From Candidatus Sumerlaeia bacterium (GTDB taxonomy: Bacteria; Sumerlaeota; Sumerlaeia; SLMS01), in NCBI GenBank assembly GCA_038208905.1, contig JBBQYG010000018.1, forward strand, positions 1-38,398: a DNA stretch of 38,398 nt, read 5' to 3'. Positions within the stretch are counted from its first letter, which is position 1. Each line of letters opens with the position of its first letter. The notes under the pieces are model-generated. The model was given only the letters and a program-made list of their open reading frames with translations, searched no databases and was not told where the DNA came from. Shown here piece by piece: positions 20,735 through 28,197 of the stretch. The translations under genes were made by a program, and so were the position numbers.

Positions 20735-22831
20735 ATGAGGATTGCCACCGCACTCGCCGCCGCGCTGGGACTCTCCGCGTGGGCGCCGACGTTCGTCAGC
20801 GCGGGCGCGTGGAGCCACACGCGCTATGAACTGCTCCCCCCCGCCACGCAGAGCTTTCGCGTGGACTATCGCCTGACGGTGACGACGCCGGGCCAGGCGC
20901 AGTACTTCAACATCATCCGCCCCGGCAGCGAATGCAGCGACATCGAGGTCCACGACGAGGCCACGGGCGAGTTGCTGGAGCACACGGTGATCGACGGCCC
21001 CGCGGCCATCGCCGCCGGCCATGCGAAGGCAAGGGCGGAAGCCTCGTATATACAGATTCCCCTTCCCCAGCCGGTGCCGGAGCGCGGCGAGGCGCGGCTG
21101 CGCATCGGCAAGACCTACAAGGACGCGGCATGCTACTTCCGCGAGGGGGAGCGCATCGTCTTCGACCGCCCCCTGACCGTGGAGCGCAACACCGTGGTCC
21201 TGCCGCCGCACTACGAGGTTGTGGGGTGCAGCGTTCCCGCGCAGATCGGCGTGGACGACGATGGCCGCGTCAGCATCTCGATGATCAACCACAGCCCGGC
21301 GCCGCTGCCGGTGAGGATTGTGGGCCGTCCGCTGCCGGGAAGCCTGTGGAAGAGCGGCGCGCCGCTGGAATCCTCGGCGGGATCGGGGCCCACGTCGAGC
21401 GCGCACGACTTCGAGCCGCGGGCGCAGGACTCGCGCGACATCGTGTATTTCCCGCGCGAGCCCGGGACCGGCGTGTTCGACCTTTTTCACGATGTGACCG
21501 TGACCAAGGCGGGCCAGGGCGCTTACCTCAACTGGGTGCGCAAGGGGAGCGAGGTGTCGTCTCCCCACGGGTGGAATCTGAACACCGGCGCGCCGCTGCG
21601 CACGGAGATCTACCGCGGCGCGAAGGAAATCACCGACGCGGGATATGGCGAAGGCCGCGAGATCGCCGAGGGGACGGAGCTGGTTGCGTTCATGTTCGAT
21701 CCCGTCCCACCCGGCGGAAGCGTCCGCATCCGCGCGGAGGAAACCTATACGGACCCGGCGCGCTATCGCGTGGAGGGCGGCGAACTGGTGTGGCACCGCG
21801 CCTTTGGCCGCTCGCGCAACGCGGTGGTGCTCCCCGCCGGGTGGTATCCCGTGGCGTCGAGCATGCCGGCCACGGTGGCGCTGGACGAGCAGGGCCGCGT
21901 CCGCCTGGACTACATGAACGACCGCGCGGATTCGCTGGACGTGTATCTGCGCGCCCGCCACCGAGACAAGCCGGAGGCCTATCGCGTGGATGGTTCGCCG
22001 GTGCCGCCGCTTGAAGTGTACTCGGAAAAGCAGATCGAGCGGGAGGACAACCTCCACAAGGCCCGGGCCGCATTTGATGCGAAGCCAGACGACCCCGCGG
22101 CGGGAATCTCCCTCGCGCGGCATCTGGCGTGGTACGGCCGCTATCACGACGCCATCGCCGTCTATACGAAGTTGATCGGGAAGGATCCCACCAACTTCCG
22201 CGCGTTCCGGCACCGCGGGCATCGTTATCTGACGCTGCGCCAGTTCGAGAAGGGCGTGGCCGATCTGGCGGAATCGGGGCGCTTGATCGAGGCGAATTGG
22301 GCCACCATCCAGAACGAGCCGACCGCCGAGGGCGACGACACGGCGGAGCAGTATCGCTGGTCGATCTGGTATCACCTGGCCCTCGGGCAGTTCTTTGCCC
22401 GCGACTTTGCAGGGGCGGAGGCGTCGTTCCGCAAGACGCTGGAGTTCTCTCCCAGTCCCGACAAGTCGGCGGCGGCGTCCTACTGGCTCTCCAACACGCT
22501 GGGCCGACTGGGCCGCGCGGAGGAGGGCGTGGCGCTCTCCAAGCCCTTCGTCCCGGGCATGGATATACAGAGCAACCTTTCCTACTACGAGCTGATGCTC
22601 TACAACAACGGCGCCCGCACGCTGGCGGAGACGCTGGACATCACCAACCCGGCGGCGCCGCGTTTCCCGACGCTGGGCTTTGGCATCGCCAACCGCTTCC
22701 TCTTCGACGGCAAGAAGGAGGAGGCCGCGGAGCTGTATCGGCGCATCGTGAGCGAGACCGACTGGCTGGGCTTTGGGCACATTGGGTCGGAAGTGGAGTT
22801 GCACGCGATGGGGGAGAAGCTCGCGCCATGA
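20735..22831 (+). CDS. Secreted protein with two tandem copies of an unrecognised ~175-aa domain plus a C-terminal TPR-like region
   Basis: Signal peptide; internal duplication (YFNIIRPGSE / YLNWVRKGSE; RNTVVLP / RNAVVLP; DDDGRV / DEQGRV); TPR-like helices after about aa 430. Confidence 0.85.
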   Translation: MRIATALAAALGLSAWAPTFVSAGAWSHTRYELLPPATQSFRVDYRLTVTTPGQAQYFNIIRPGSECSDIEVHDEATGELLEHTVIDGPAAIAAGHAKARAEASYIQIPLPQPVPERGEARLRIGKTYKDAACYFREGERIVFDRPLTVERNTVVLPPHYEVVGCSVPAQIGVDDDGRVSISMINHSPAPLPVRIVGRPLPGSLWKSGAPLESSAGSGPTSSAHDFEPRAQDSRDIVYFPREPGTGVFDLFHDVTVTKAGQGAYLNWVRKGSEVSSPHGWNLNTGAPLRTEIYRGAKEITDAGYGEGREIAEGTELVAFMFDPVPPGGSVRIRAEETYTDPARYRVEGGELVWHRAFGRSRNAVVLPAGWYPVASSMPATVALDEQGRVRLDYMNDRADSLDVYLRARHRDKPEAYRVDGSPVPPLEVYSEKQIEREDNLHKARAAFDAKPDDPAAGISLARHLAWYGRYHDAIAVYTKLIGKDPTNFRAFRHRGHRYLTLRQFEKGVADLAESGRLIEANWATIQNEPTAEGDDTAEQYRWSIWYHLALGQFFARDFAGAEASFRKTLEFSPSPDKSAAASYWLSNTLGRLGRAEEGVALSKPFVPGMDIQSNLSYYELMLYNNGARTLAETLDITNPAAPRFPTLGFGIANRFLFDGKKEEAAELYRRIVSETDWLGFGHIGSEVELHAMGEKLAP

Positions 22832-23742
22832 TGCGAACGCTTGCCATCGCGGTGCTGGCGCTCGCCGCGGGACTGGTCTCCTCCTGCGCCGGGAAGGGCC
22901 CCTCGTCCTTCGTCCGTATTCCCGCCGGCACGTTCCTGATGGGCTCGGCGGAGACGGAGCCGCTACGCAAGGCGGACGAGGGCCCACAGACGACGGTGAC
23001 GATTACCCGCGACTTCATGTTGGCGACGGCGCCGGTGACGGTGGGCGAGTTCCGGGCGTTTGCGGATAACACGGGCTACAAGTCCGTGGCGGAGGTCGAG
23101 GGCTGGTCCCACGACTACACCGACGATGGCATCAAGGAAATTCCCGGGCGGAGTTGGCGCAATCCCGGCTTCCCCCAGGGCGACGATCACCCGGTGGTGT
23201 GCATTCACTGGCGCGACATCGTGGCATACTGCGACTGGATGTCCGGCAAGGCGAAGCAAACCGTGCGGCTTCCCACGGAGGCCGAGTGGGAATACGCCTG
23301 CCGGGCGGGGACCACGACGGCCTATTGGTGGGGAGACGACGTTGCGGGCGGCGAGGGGAAGGCGAACTTCGCCGACGCCAGCGCCAGCCGTGTCTATACA
23401 GCGTGGAATCCGCCCGAAGTGCCGTGGGACGATGGCTACGTCTATACATCGCCGGTTCGCGCCTTTGCGCCGAATCCGTGGAGGCTGTATGACATGCACG
23501 GCAACGTGTGGGAGTGGTGCTCCGACATCTATGGCGGCCCCCATCCCGGCGGCGACGCGACGGACCCGACGGGCGCGGCGGAGGGCGATCATCACCTGAG
23601 GCGCGGGGGCTCCTGGTACAAGGGCCTTGGCACGGCGCGGTCCGCCAATCGCGGCCGCAGCCAGAACGACTTCCGAGTGAACAATCGCGGCTTCCGCGTC
23701 GTGATGGAAACACCCAGCAAAAAGGACCAGAAGAGCCCATGA
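22828..23742 (+). CDS. Formylglycine-generating enzyme (SUMF1/FGE-sulfatase) fold lipoprotein lacking the catalytic Cys pair
   Basis: IPAGTFLMGS, HPVV, RLPTEAEWEYACR, LYDMHGNVWEW, RGGSW, GFR; lipobox VSSC; ATGA overlaps at both ends. Confidence 0.92.
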   Translation: MMRTLAIAVLALAAGLVSSCAGKGPSSFVRIPAGTFLMGSAETEPLRKADEGPQTTVTITRDFMLATAPVTVGEFRAFADNTGYKSVAEVEGWSHDYTDDGIKEIPGRSWRNPGFPQGDDHPVVCIHWRDIVAYCDWMSGKAKQTVRLPTEAEWEYACRAGTTTAYWWGDDVAGGEGKANFADASASRVYTAWNPPEVPWDDGYVYTSPVRAFAPNPWRLYDMHGNVWEWCSDIYGGPHPGGDATDPTGAAEGDHHLRRGGSWYKGLGTARSANRGRSQNDFRVNNRGFRVVMETPSKKDQKSP

Positions 23743-24788
23743 CTTTCCCTATCATCCGCAACGCAGTGATTGCGGCACTACTATTAGGAGGATGCGCCAA
23801 GGCGCCGACCATGGATCAGAACGGAAACGGAACAGCAGCCCACCGCAAGGAATGGGCGATCGCCATCCACGGCGGCTCGGGAACGATGCGGCGCGATGCG
23901 GGGCCGGAGCGCGAGCGCGAGTACCTGGACGCGCTCGATAGCGCCCTAACCATCGGGCGCAACGTTCTGGCGGCGGGCGGCACCAGTGTGGACGCGGTGG
24001 AGGCCGTTGTCCGGCACATGGAGGACAACCCGCTGTTCAACGCGGGGCGCGGGGCGGCCTACAACCGCGATGGCATGCACGAGCTGGACGCGGCGATCAT
24101 GGTGGGCGACACCAAGAAGTCGGGCGCCGTGGCCGCCGTGCGCGAGGTGCGCAATCCGGTCACACTGGCGCGCTTCGTCATGGACAGCACCATGCACTCG
24201 CTGATGGCGGGACGCGGCGCGGAGGAGCTTGCCGACACCGCCGGCATCGAGCGCGTTCCCGATGACTATTTCCACACCTCGATGCGCGAGGAGCGCTGGC
24301 TGGAGGAGAACGGCCGCGGCACCGTGAGCGCGGAGGCCGGCGAGGTGGAGCCCGACGATGCGTCCCTTGACAACAGGATGGGCACCGTGGGCGCGGTGGC
24401 GCTCGACCGCTTCGGCAATGTGGCCGCGGCCACTTCGACGGGCGGGCTCACCAACAAGCTCCCGGGCCGCGTGGGCGACTCGCCTCTGATCGGCATCGGC
24501 ACCTACGCCGACAACGCCAGTTGCGCGGTTTCGTGTACGGGCCACGGCGAGGAATTCATCCGCCAGACGGTCGCCTTCCGCATCGCCGCCCTCATGGAAC
24601 TCAAGGGCGAGAGCCTCGACACCGCCGTCACCACCGTCGTTGATACGAAGCTCCGCCAAGGCACCGGCGGCGTGATCGCGGTGGACGCCAAGGGGAACCT
24701 CTCCCTCGAGTTCAACACCCGCGGCATGTACCGCGGCGCGGCGGATTCCGACGGGCGATTCGAGACGGCGATCTGGGCGAAAGAGTAA
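23739..24788 (+). CDS. iaaA: Isoaspartyl peptidase / L-asparaginase (Ntn hydrolase), lipoprotein
   Basis: IAIHGG, FNAGRGA, ELDAAIM, autocleavage site G-TVGAVALD, TSTGG, GRVGDSPLIG, SCTGHGE; lipobox LGGC. Confidence 0.94.
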   Translation: MTFPIIRNAVIAALLLGGCAKAPTMDQNGNGTAAHRKEWAIAIHGGSGTMRRDAGPEREREYLDALDSALTIGRNVLAAGGTSVDAVEAVVRHMEDNPLFNAGRGAAYNRDGMHELDAAIMVGDTKKSGAVAAVREVRNPVTLARFVMDSTMHSLMAGRGAEELADTAGIERVPDDYFHTSMREERWLEENGRGTVSAEAGEVEPDDASLDNRMGTVGAVALDRFGNVAAATSTGGLTNKLPGRVGDSPLIGIGTYADNASCAVSCTGHGEEFIRQTVAFRIAALMELKGESLDTAVTTVVDTKLRQGTGGVIAVDAKGNLSLEFNTRGMYRGAADSDGRFETAIWAKE

Positions 24789-24909
24789 CCCCTCGAGAAC
24801 GCCATTCTCCTGAATGGCGGTGGGCCGGGTGGCTCTCTGGTAGTCAGGATGCCGCGTCGCGGTCGAACGACGCCATTCGGGAGATTGGCGCGCCCATAGC
24901 GATGTCGCT

Positions 24910-24951
24910 AAAAATGAAGACGGCGCCGGAGCCGCGTGGGCCCCGGCGCCG
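24910..24951 (-). terminator. Probable terminator for the minus-strand gene
   Basis: Stem CGGCGCCGG / CCGGCGCCG followed on the minus strand by TCTTCATTTTT. Confidence 0.55.
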
Positions 24952-24966
24952 AAGGAAGGGGAGGGC

Positions 24967-25686
24967 TTAGTTGAAGATGGACCAGTCGGCGACAGAGGCG
25001 AATGTGTTGGTAGCCTTCGGCGTTGCCTCGGGCCCAACCTCATTGAGCGGCGGAAGCGGATACGATGCCCAAGTGGCCGCGCCATCGGGGAATCGTCCAG
25101 CGCCGTACGGCGAATCCTCGAAGGGAGCGACCGCATTCTGGAAGGAATCGACGACCTTCTCATTCTGGGTGGGGAAGAACTCGGGATCGGTCGTGCCGTC
25201 CGTGAACTGAACGGAGTCTATGATGAGCGTGCCGTTGGAGAATTCGTCGCTAATGGGAGGAACCGCGTCGAAATCGTACCCCGCGGCACCGGCAAGGAAT
25301 CCCGGGGGGAGGTCAGTGGTATTGACAAGAAGGGTCTGATGGTACTGCCCGCGAAAGCTGAGGGTGAGAAGTGCGTCAGGCTCCGGCTGTGGTGGTGTCA
25401 TCAGCATGTTGAAGTCGTCATAGAGGGTATTGGCGATCAGGTAGTAGTTGCCGGTCGCGTTGCCAGTCAAATTGATGGCCGAAACGGCAATGCCTGTTGA
25501 CGAGCGGATGTTGAGGACGGTGAGCCCATTCACTGAGGCGTTAGGCGTGGGATTGTACAACTCGATGAAATTGACATTGGTCCCCGTTGTTTCTGTCACT
25601 ATCTCGTTGATAACCCACTGCGCGGATGCTGTCCCCGCGGACAGTGCGAGGGCGGCGACTGCGGTCAAAGTCTTGAAAAGCTTCAT
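24967..25686 (-). CDS. Secreted lamin-tail-domain-like protein with C-terminal SVADWSIFN tail
   Basis: Signal peptide ending ASA-Q; VINEI...FIELYN...IIDSVQF...GRFPDG...TPKATN match the lamin tail domain pattern; visibly lower GC than the flanks. Confidence 0.8.
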   Translation of the reverse strand: MKLFKTLTAVAALALSAGTASAQWVINEIVTETTGTNVNFIELYNPTPNASVNGLTVLNIRSSTGIAVSAINLTGNATGNYYLIANTLYDDFNMLMTPPQPEPDALLTLSFRGQYHQTLLVNTTDLPPGFLAGAAGYDFDAVPPISDEFSNGTLIIDSVQFTDGTTDPEFFPTQNEKVVDSFQNAVAPFEDSPYGAGRFPDGAATWASYPLPPLNEVGPEATPKATNTFASVADWSIFN

Positions 25687-25783
25687 GGTCACTTTCTCTC
25701 TTTCTGAGGGTTGCGATCGGTAGAGGGTGGGGGGCGATTGCGTCGGTCTCGTCATGGCTCCCATAGGGGGGCGGTTTGGATCT

Positions 25784-26926
25784 CTAGGCGCGTTGCGCCG
25801 CAAGCGGCAGCGGGGCGAGGCTGTTCTGGCCCTTGCGCAGGTATTGGTCGTAGTCGTGCAGGATGATGGACTTAGGCTGGGTGCCTTCCCCGCAGGCGAT
25901 GCCGAGGGACACCATCATGGCGACAAGGGCCTCGGCGTCGGCGATGGAAACGGCCTCGGGGGCGATCGTCCGCTTGGCGAGGTCCTGGTTGTGGTAGTTG
26001 CGGACGGGGATGCAGACGCCTCCGGCGCGGAGCCCAGCGCGGGCGACGGGGGTCGCCTCGCAGGTGCCGCGATCCATCAGCGCGCGCCGCGCATTGATGC
26101 CATTGGCGTCGGTCAGGCCGGCGAGCAGGTCAACAATGCCGCCGTCGAACGTCGTCGAGCGGTCTCCGCAGCGGATGATGGCGCCGCCGCCGAGGCTGAC
26201 GCCGGGGGTTTCCCCGCTGGTCTCCACGGAGAGATAGAGCGTGTCGGGGCCGAGGCCCGCGGGAAGCTCCTCGGAAAGCAGGCAGAGCAGGCCACAGAAG
26301 CCGGCCTCCTCCGCCCGGGTGAAGATGACGGTGTAGTCGAGCTGGGTGGCGTCGGACGCGGAAAGACGGCGGAGCGATTCCACCAGGGCCGCGCACCCCG
26401 CGAGGTCGTCGCAGACGCGGGCGCGGAGGAATCCGTCCTCGCCCGCCTCGAACACGGGAACGTCCCACATGGCGAGGACAGTGCCCTCCGGCGACTCCGC
26501 CGCCTCCACGGTGACGCGGCGGGCGCCGATCTCTGGAAGCTCCTCGGTGGTCTCCAGAATGCGGGCACTGATCCCCGTGTCGTCCGCCGAGCGGAACAGG
26601 CGTATGTACGATCCGGCGAAGAACTCCGTGGCGACACGGCCCTCGAAGAGCATCTCGAAGACGCGGTCGGTGCCGGAGTGGGGATAGGCCCCCTCCGGCA
26701 GGATGAATCCGGGATGATCGAGGTGGGCGATGAAGGCGACGGGGGAGCCGTGAGTCTCGCCTCGCGAGATTCGGGCGAGGCGGTTTCCGAAGCGGTCAAC
26801 GGTGACCCTGACCCCAGGGATTGCCGCCAGCAGGCGGTCGAGCGCCTCGCACATCCACTGCTCCCGGAAGGGGGCGGTGGGCACTTGGATGAGGGCGCGG
26901 GCCGTGGCGAGGAATGAAGAAGTCAA
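25784..26926 (-). CDS. M20/M28/M42-clan metallopeptidase
   Basis: DRFGN, AHLDH, CDDLAG, RAEEAG, GTCEA, NYHN metal-ligand pattern; TTG start at 26926 with GGAG RBS. Confidence 0.85.
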   Translation of the reverse strand: MTSSFLATARALIQVPTAPFREQWMCEALDRLLAAIPGVRVTVDRFGNRLARISRGETHGSPVAFIAHLDHPGFILPEGAYPHSGTDRVFEMLFEGRVATEFFAGSYIRLFRSADDTGISARILETTEELPEIGARRVTVEAAESPEGTVLAMWDVPVFEAGEDGFLRARVCDDLAGCAALVESLRRLSASDATQLDYTVIFTRAEEAGFCGLLCLLSEELPAGLGPDTLYLSVETSGETPGVSLGGGAIIRCGDRSTTFDGGIVDLLAGLTDANGINARRALMDRGTCEATPVARAGLRAGGVCIPVRNYHNQDLAKRTIAPEAVSIADAEALVAMMVSLGIACGEGTQPKSIILHDYDQYLRKGQNSLAPLPLAAQRA

Positions 26927-27012
26927 TGGCGGGCTCCGGGGAGGGAAAAAGGTGGGATGAGGGCGTGTGTGGCACGCCCCCATCCCCGCGTAGTTCGTCG
27001 CGCGGGACGGGA

Positions 27013-27711
27013 TTACGGGGCGAGGGTGCCTTCGCCTTCGCGCTGCGAGCGGACAATGTCGCCGTCGGAGATGGTGCCGTTGGTTGCGTCATAGGGCATG
27101 TTGACGCTGTGGGTGGCGCCGCGGATGGGGTGGTCGATCAGGTTACGCCTTTCGTCGGGGCCGAGGGAGGAAAGGATCCACATGCCCTGAACTTCGCGGG
27201 CGGCGATGGCACTGGCGGTGGTGGGTGCAAAGGAGACCCGGCGGCCGTCATAGTTGTTCTGGTAGTAGTAGCGGCGCCCGGCGTTCGGATCGCCATCGGG
27301 ATCGAAGGGGGCGCCGGTGGGGTCGTCGGAGTACGATACGATGTTTCCCGTGCGCGTGAAGCACTGGAAGTCACCCAGCGTCTTGGCCGTGAAGATGTCT
27401 TGCAGATTGGAGGAGGAAATATAGGCAACCGGGGAGCTGATGTTGTTTGGCAGGACACGCAGGACGCCGGCATCGCCGCCGCCACAGAACGGAGTCGGAG
27501 GATACTGGGTCCAGTCGATGCGATAGGATTCCAGCGCGGTGGCGACGGTGCGTAGGTCGGACTTGACGCGGGAAATCTTCGACCGCGTCTGTGCCTCCAG
27601 GAAGTTCGGCACGGCGATGGCCGCGAGGATGGCGATGATCGCGACGACGATCAGCAGCTCGATCAGCGTGAAGCCGCGGCGGCGGGGTGAGGGGGGACCA
27701 GATGCTTTCAT
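27013..27711 (-). CDS. Type IV pilin / GspG-like protein with prepilin N-terminal cleavage and methylation motif
   Basis: G-FTLIELLIVVAIIAILAAIAVPNF; DLRTVATALESY; SLGPD; C-terminal YDATNGTISDGDI. Confidence 0.93.
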   Translation of the reverse strand: MKASGPPSPRRRGFTLIELLIVVAIIAILAAIAVPNFLEAQTRSKISRVKSDLRTVATALESYRIDWTQYPPTPFCGGGDAGVLRVLPNNISSPVAYISSSNLQDIFTAKTLGDFQCFTRTGNIVSYSDDPTGAPFDPDGDPNAGRRYYYQNNYDGRRVSFAPTTASAIAAREVQGMWILSSLGPDERRNLIDHPIRGATHSVNMPYDATNGTISDGDIVRSQREGEGTLAP

Positions 27712-27789
27712 GTGACTGTTTCTCCGGGAGTACTGGGGGTGGACTGAGCTTCAAGGCTGGCCCGTGGCGGGTCACCAAGAATAAGTGGC

Positions 27790-27818
27790 ATCCTAATGAC
27801 GACTCGGTGGTTTCGCAA
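27790..27818 (-). promoter_or_regulatory. Sigma70-like promoter for the pilin-like gene
   Basis: Minus strand TTGCGA-17 nt-TAGGAT, about 80 bp upstream of the ATG. Confidence 0.4.
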
Positions 27819-28197
27819 GTTGCCGCCCTTTGGTCATAAAAAAAGTTCCTTGGTTCCGGGCGGTCCAAACCCGAATGTGGCCGTCCAAGTGGCGGGCACG
27901 TGGATTTCCGGAGGAATTCGCCGCCATGGGAACGCCGATCTCCCCGTCGGCGGCGGGGGGATCGGGCGGTGACGGGATGCAGGAAGCTGGGCGTGATGGT
28001 CATCAGGAAGCCGCGTTCTGGGCGAACGACGCCCAACGGGAGTTTGGCGTTCCCAGAGGGCGGCGATTCTACTTGCGACGATGCGGCAGCGACGCAAAGC
28101 CTCGGCGAATCGTTGCCGTGCGGTCACACGAAGGCCAAACAAAGCAGACCTTCGATCAATGTGGCACCATCTTGGTTTATCGTGAAAGGCCCTCGCC

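Noticed and set aside
22129-22827. Long N-terminal extensions in the ORF track (FGE protein from 22129, IaaA from 23508, DUF4349 from 34759)
   Set aside because: They overlap real upstream genes in other frames; internal ATGs give proper signal peptides and coupling or an RBS
19478-22987. 1169-aa minus-strand ORF
   Set aside because: Antisense shadow of the cyanophycinase operon; Arg/Gly/Ala-rich with no motifs, as expected from GC3 bias of the real genes
28084-28118. GACGCAAAGCC...GTTGCCG resembling a c-di-GMP-I (GEMM) riboswitch core
   Set aside because: The upstream GGCAAA-stem-GNRA element and the long receptor-bearing stem are missing; it folds as a simple hairpin. An Rfam scan would settle it
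28162-28176. TGGCAC...TTGG as a sigma54 promoter for nhaC
   Set aside because: No GC at the -12 position and the spacing is off by one
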